From sequence record SRR20825019_2337: a stretch of DNA of 20,000 bases; one strand, written 5' to 3'. The notes below the pieces were generated by a model. It had not been told where the DNA came from, ran no database searches, and worked only from the letters and a program-made list of their open reading frames with translations. A program made the translations under genes and the position numbers. Below are positions 16,246-20,000 of the stretch, piece by piece (within the stretch, counting starts at the first letter, position 1; each line of letters opens with the position of its first letter).

Positions 16246-17568
16246 TTAGTCGTTAAATTCGCTGATGCGCAAAAGGAGTGGTTTGGAAACCACACTGGCG
16301 AGACGACCGAGTTGGCGGAGCGTTACCCCAATCGCCTTCTCATTACTTTCGTGGGTGGTCAGCACGAGCGATGCGGTGCCTTCGGATTCGGACAATGTCT
16401 GAATCACACTCGCGATGCTCACCTTATTTTTCGCCATTACCGAAGTCACTTTCGCCAACACTCCCGGTTGATCACGCACCGTCAGGCGCAGGTAGTAACA
16501 ACCCCGGATATGCTCCATCGGAGCCAGTCGCGGGGTCGAATTCTCGGTCGGTGTCAGATCCGTAGTCAGATGCTCGCCCTTGCCATTCCGAATCAAGGCC
16601 ACCGCATCGGCAATATCACCGATCACCGCGCTTGTGGTCGCATCCTGGCCAGCTCCCTGTCCAATGTATTGCGTAATGCCCACGACATCTCCCGTCACGC
16701 AAACGGCATTAAACGCGTCCTTCACATTGGCGACCACATTACCGGCCGGCAACAGCGTGGGGTGCACGTGCACACAAAGTTCGTTCTTTTTGAAGTCGCG
16801 GCTGATGATCGCGATCAGTTTGATTTTGTAGCCGAGGGTCGACGCGATTTTGAAATCCTCCAGAGTGATCTTTTCGATTCCTTCGACGATCATCTTGTCA
16901 GATCCAATCCAAACGCCATGCGCCAACCAACAAATGATGGCGGCTTTGTGGGCCGTATCCCAGCCCTGAACATCCAGTGATTCATCGGCTTCCGCATAGC
17001 CCATGTCCTTGGCATCCTGAAGGATCGCGCTATACGGAGCATTGAGCTCCTCCATCTTCGTCAGAATGTAATTACACGTGCCGTTGAGAATGCCGTAGAT
17101 GTGAGGAAATTTATTCACAACCAGGCCTTCACGCAGTGCTTTGATAATCGGAATTCCACCGGCCACACTCGCTTCGAAAAAGAAATGTCCGCCATGTTTG
17201 AGAGCCGTCGCGAAAATCTCCGCCCCGTGATCGCAGATCAGAGCTTTGTTGGCCGATACCACGACTTTGCCCGCTCGCAAGGCTGCCAGCGTAAGCTTGC
17301 GCGCATACGTCGTGCCGCCGATCAGCTCGCAGACAATATCAATCTTCGGATCCGTGGCGATCGCCATGGCATCGTCGCTGATCTTGCGGGCCGGAACCTT
17401 AACCTCACGCGGTTTTTTCAGGTCCCGCACGGCGATCGCGCCGACCTCGATGCGCCCCCCCAGCCGTGCCTCCAGATCGGACCGACATCTTGTGAGATGT
17501 TTCCAGACTCCCTGCCCGACCGTGCCGAAACCGCACAGGCCTATCGTGATCACTTTGCTTTTGCTCAT
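16246..17568 (-). CDS. hom: Homoserine dehydrogenase (with C-terminal ACT domain)
   Basis: 440 aa. GFGTVGQG, VVSANKA, FEASVAGGIP, GILNGTCNYIL, GAG...T..AV..D and DQPGVLA (ACT) motifs. Confidence 0.96.
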   Translation of the reverse strand: MSKSKVITIGLCGFGTVGQGVWKHLTRCRSDLEARLGGRIEVGAIAVRDLKKPREVKVPARKISDDAMAIATDPKIDIVCELIGGTTYARKLTLAALRAGKVVVSANKALICDHGAEIFATALKHGGHFFFEASVAGGIPIIKALREGLVVNKFPHIYGILNGTCNYILTKMEELNAPYSAILQDAKDMGYAEADESLDVQGWDTAHKAAIICWLAHGVWIGSDKMIVEGIEKITLEDFKIASTLGYKIKLIAIISRDFKKNELCVHVHPTLLPAGNVVANVKDAFNAVCVTGDVVGITQYIGQGAGQDATTSAVIGDIADAVALIRNGKGEHLTTDLTPTENSTPRLAPMEHIRGCYYLRLTVRDQPGVLAKVTSVMAKNKVSIASVIQTLSESEGTASLVLTTHESNEKAIGVTLRQLGRLASVVSKPLLLRISEFND

Positions 17569-18218
17569 ATTTGAGGTTCATCCTCTTTCTTTTTTCCGAA
17601 ACGATTTTCGGTGCCGTTCATCAAGCGACGGCAATTTTCCCGATGGCGATAAATAACAAATACCGCGATCAGACACGCCATGCCGACAAACGGCATTGAG
17701 TAATTCAACAACCACGCGGAGATCGGCAGCGAAACCGCTGCCATCATCGACGCGAGCGAAACGTAGCGCGACGTAAAGAACGTCAGCAGCCAAATCAAAC
17801 CGCCGATGCCTGTCGCCAACGGCATCAGCACAAAAAATCCACCGGCGCCGGTGGCCACGCCTTTGCCTCCGCGAAACTTCGTGAAACACGAAAATGAATG
17901 TCCGAGCAACGCCCCGACCACACCCGCCACACAAAGCGGAACCGGGTTAAAAAGTGCCACGTCTTCACTTCGATTCTGATTGATCAACGCCGCATAGACG
18001 ATTGGGAGGATCGTCGCCATGACCCCTTTCAGCATATCGAGAGAAAACACAATATTGCCCGGCCCTGGTCCCAGGACCCGGCGCACATTGGTCGCGCCTG
18101 GACTTTTGCTGCCGACTTCAAAGATATTCACTCCCCGGGCACGCGCGACGAGGTAACCAAATGGGAGTGCCCCCAAAAGGTAACCAATCGCACCGGCTAT
18201 GAATAGCTCCAGAATCAT
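17565..18218 (-). CDS. plsY: Glycerol-3-phosphate acyltransferase PlsY
   Basis: 217 aa. YLLGALPFG, GSKSPGATNV.R, LDMLKG, GHSFS...FRGGKGVAT and HREN..RL..GTE motifs; ATGA overlap with hom. Confidence 0.94.
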   Translation of the reverse strand: MILELFIAGAIGYLLGALPFGYLVARARGVNIFEVGSKSPGATNVRRVLGPGPGNIVFSLDMLKGVMATILPIVYAALINQNRSEDVALFNPVPLCVAGVVGALLGHSFSCFTKFRGGKGVATGAGGFFVLMPLATGIGGLIWLLTFFTSRYVSLASMMAAVSLPISAWLLNYSMPFVGMACLIAVFVIYRHRENCRRLMNGTENRFGKKKEDEPQI

Positions 18219-18227
18219 TCGTCGTGA

Positions 18228-19817
18228 TTAAAGTTGGATAAATTTCGCTAATTTAATCGCGGGGTGCGACTTTAATTCGTCGCGGGCCGCGGGACTCGGT
18301 TCGCTGTCCAAATTGATCACCATGAGCGCGGTCTGCCCCGGCACCTGACGGCTGAGCGACATATTGGCAATGTTCACGCCATCCTTGGCCATCAGCATCC
18401 CCACGAAACCGATCATTCCGGGTTCATCGTGATTCTCAAGAGTAAGCAACTTGCCCTGCGCTTCGACCTCCACCTCGCGATCATTGATTTCCACAATCCG
18501 GGGCTTGCCCGTCTTGCCGATCAGGGTGCCCTTCGCGCCGCGCACCGAACCATCGGCCGCCGTCGCTTCCACGGAAATCAAATCGGTGTAATCGACATCA
18601 TCGGTCGATTTCACGACCTGTGATTTCACACCGAGGCGCTTCAAGGAAACCGGTGCATTCACGTAGTTCACGGAATCGCCGCTGATTTTTCGGAGAAACC
18701 CTCGTTGGATCGCGCGTGTTACGGAATTGGTATCCAAATCGACGATCTTGCCCCAGTAGGTAACATTGAGCGATTCGATCTGCTGCGGCCCCATCTGCTG
18801 CACGAGCGTGCCGAGCTTTTCGCCCAAATCGAGATAAGGTCCCACGACCTTCAACGTCGCTTCATCGAGCGAAGGCATGTTGACCGCATTGCGGATCACC
18901 CCGCCTTTCAACACATCCGCGATCTGTTCCGCGACCTCGATGCCCACACTTTCCTGCGCTTCCGCCGTCGAAGCACCGAGATGCGGGGTCAGCGAAACAC
19001 CCGGCAGCGAGCGCAACTCGCTTTCCGCGGCCAACGGTTCATCTTCGTAAACGTCGAGACCGACCGCCGCGACCTGCCCCGACTTCAGTCCTTCGATCAG
19101 TGCCGCTTCCTTAATGATACCACCGCGGGCGCAGTTGAAAAGTCGCACGCCTTTTTTGCACTTCGCGAGCGCCGCCTCATCAATCATGTGATGAGTCGTC
19201 TCCGTCATGGGCATATGCACGGTGATGTAGTCGCTCTGCTCAAGCAATTCGTCCAAGGTCACGCCTTCGACTTGCATCGCTTTGGCGCGGCTAGGTGCAA
19301 GATACGGATCATAGGCCACGACACGCATCCCAAATGCCTGGGCGCGTTTGGCCACCTCGCCACCGATCCGACCAAGACCGACCACACCAAGAGTCTTGCG
19401 AAACAGTTCGATCCCCGAGAACGCTTTGCGATCCCACTTGCCTGTGCGCATCGATTCCGCCGCCTGCGTAACCGGACGCGCTCCGCAGAGAATATGTGTA
19501 AACGTAAGCTCCGCCGTCGCGATCGTGTTACCCGAAGGCGTATTCATCACGATCACGCCACGGTTTGTCGCCGCTTCGACATCGACATTATCGACGCCCA
19601 CACCCGCGCGCCCCACAGCCTTGAGCAAGGGAGCCGCCGCGATCACTTCAGCGGTGATTTTCGTTTCGCTACGCACCACAATCGCATGCACATCCCCGAC
19701 CAAGGATAGGATTTCCTCTGGAGAGGAACCGTAAGCCTCTACAACTTCGATACCTGGCTGGTTGCGCAGGTATTCAACTCCTTTAGGTGAGACTTTATCG
19801 GCGATGAGGACTTTCAT
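18228..19817 (-). CDS. serA: D-3-phosphoglycerate dehydrogenase (long form with C-terminal regulatory domains)
   Basis: Start probably at 19817 (MKVLIADK), with GGAG upstream. Motifs VRSETK, GRAGVGVDNVD, GLGRIG, NCARGG, TPHLGAST.EAQ and a C-terminal ACT domain (NHDEPG...VNIANM). Confidence 0.96.
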   Translation of the reverse strand: MKVLIADKVSPKGVEYLRNQPGIEVVEAYGSSPEEILSLVGDVHAIVVRSETKITAEVIAAAPLLKAVGRAGVGVDNVDVEAATNRGVIVMNTPSGNTIATAELTFTHILCGARPVTQAAESMRTGKWDRKAFSGIELFRKTLGVVGLGRIGGEVAKRAQAFGMRVVAYDPYLAPSRAKAMQVEGVTLDELLEQSDYITVHMPMTETTHHMIDEAALAKCKKGVRLFNCARGGIIKEAALIEGLKSGQVAAVGLDVYEDEPLAAESELRSLPGVSLTPHLGASTAEAQESVGIEVAEQIADVLKGGVIRNAVNMPSLDEATLKVVGPYLDLGEKLGTLVQQMGPQQIESLNVTYWGKIVDLDTNSVTRAIQRGFLRKISGDSVNYVNAPVSLKRLGVKSQVVKSTDDVDYTDLISVEATAADGSVRGAKGTLIGKTGKPRIVEINDREVEVEAQGKLLTLENHDEPGMIGFVGMLMAKDGVNIANMSLSRQVPGQTALMVINLDSEPSPAARDELKSHPAIKLAKFIQL

Positions 19818-19976
19818 GTAAAAAGGGCTCCAGTGAAAATTCATTCGGCTCTAAAACGCAAAGGAAAATCCGCCCTCCGCACCCCCGCGCTCTACCTATG
19901 ACACGAATAATCATATTCACCGACGAGCCCACTCATGATCACCAGTCCTGGTCCAGTCCCACCCAAGACAATTTGA

Positions 19977-20000
19977 ATGTGGAAAGCTGGAAATCAGGAA
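19977..20000 (+). repeat. Octamer array (ANNNGGAA)x3, cut off by the window end
   Basis: ATGTGGAA AGCTGGAA ATCAGGAA. Confidence 0.55.

Noticed and set aside
18705-19709. 334-aa + strand ORF, and similar long antisense ORFs (1894..2514, 2917..3615, 16225..16980)
   Set aside because: Shadow ORFs opposite well-conserved genes, expected from GC-rich codon bias; no recognisable motifs.
19942-19959. CCAGTCC direct repeat upstream of serA
   Set aside because: Only two 7-bp copies; consistent with chance, with no supporting context.

Overview
Gene-dense, moderately GC-rich bacterial chromosomal window; gene style suggests Verrucomicrobiota/Opitutales (inference). Left half: a PocR-like sensor/AraC regulator (+), a convergent Cys-motif hypothetical gene (-), and a complete cbb3-type cytochrome c oxidase plus maturation operon (+): ccoS-like, fused ccoNO, ccoQ, mono-haem ccoP, ccoG, a 48-aa ccoH-like ORF missing from the ORF track, a DsbD_2/TauE-like membrane protein and the ccoI P1B-ATPase. 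These are followed by tRNA-Tyr(GTA) (-) and cardiolipin synthase (+). Right half (-): serA-plsY-hom-lysC-[four-helix-bundle gene]-thrC and a TMTC-like membrane/TPR protein. Two structures stand out. (1) The divergent intergenic region 1356-1511 is mirror-symmetric: it has two pairs of 14-bp boxes with 21-bp spacing, matching -10 elements and apparently leaderless start codons, and no FNR box. This suggests a PocR-AraC-based circuit controlling the microaerobic oxidase and a Cys4 partner protein. (2) The four-helix-bundle gene inside the Thr operon is bracketed by inverted arrays of TCAG-NNN heptamers, resembling an intervening-sequence-like cassette in an mRNA.
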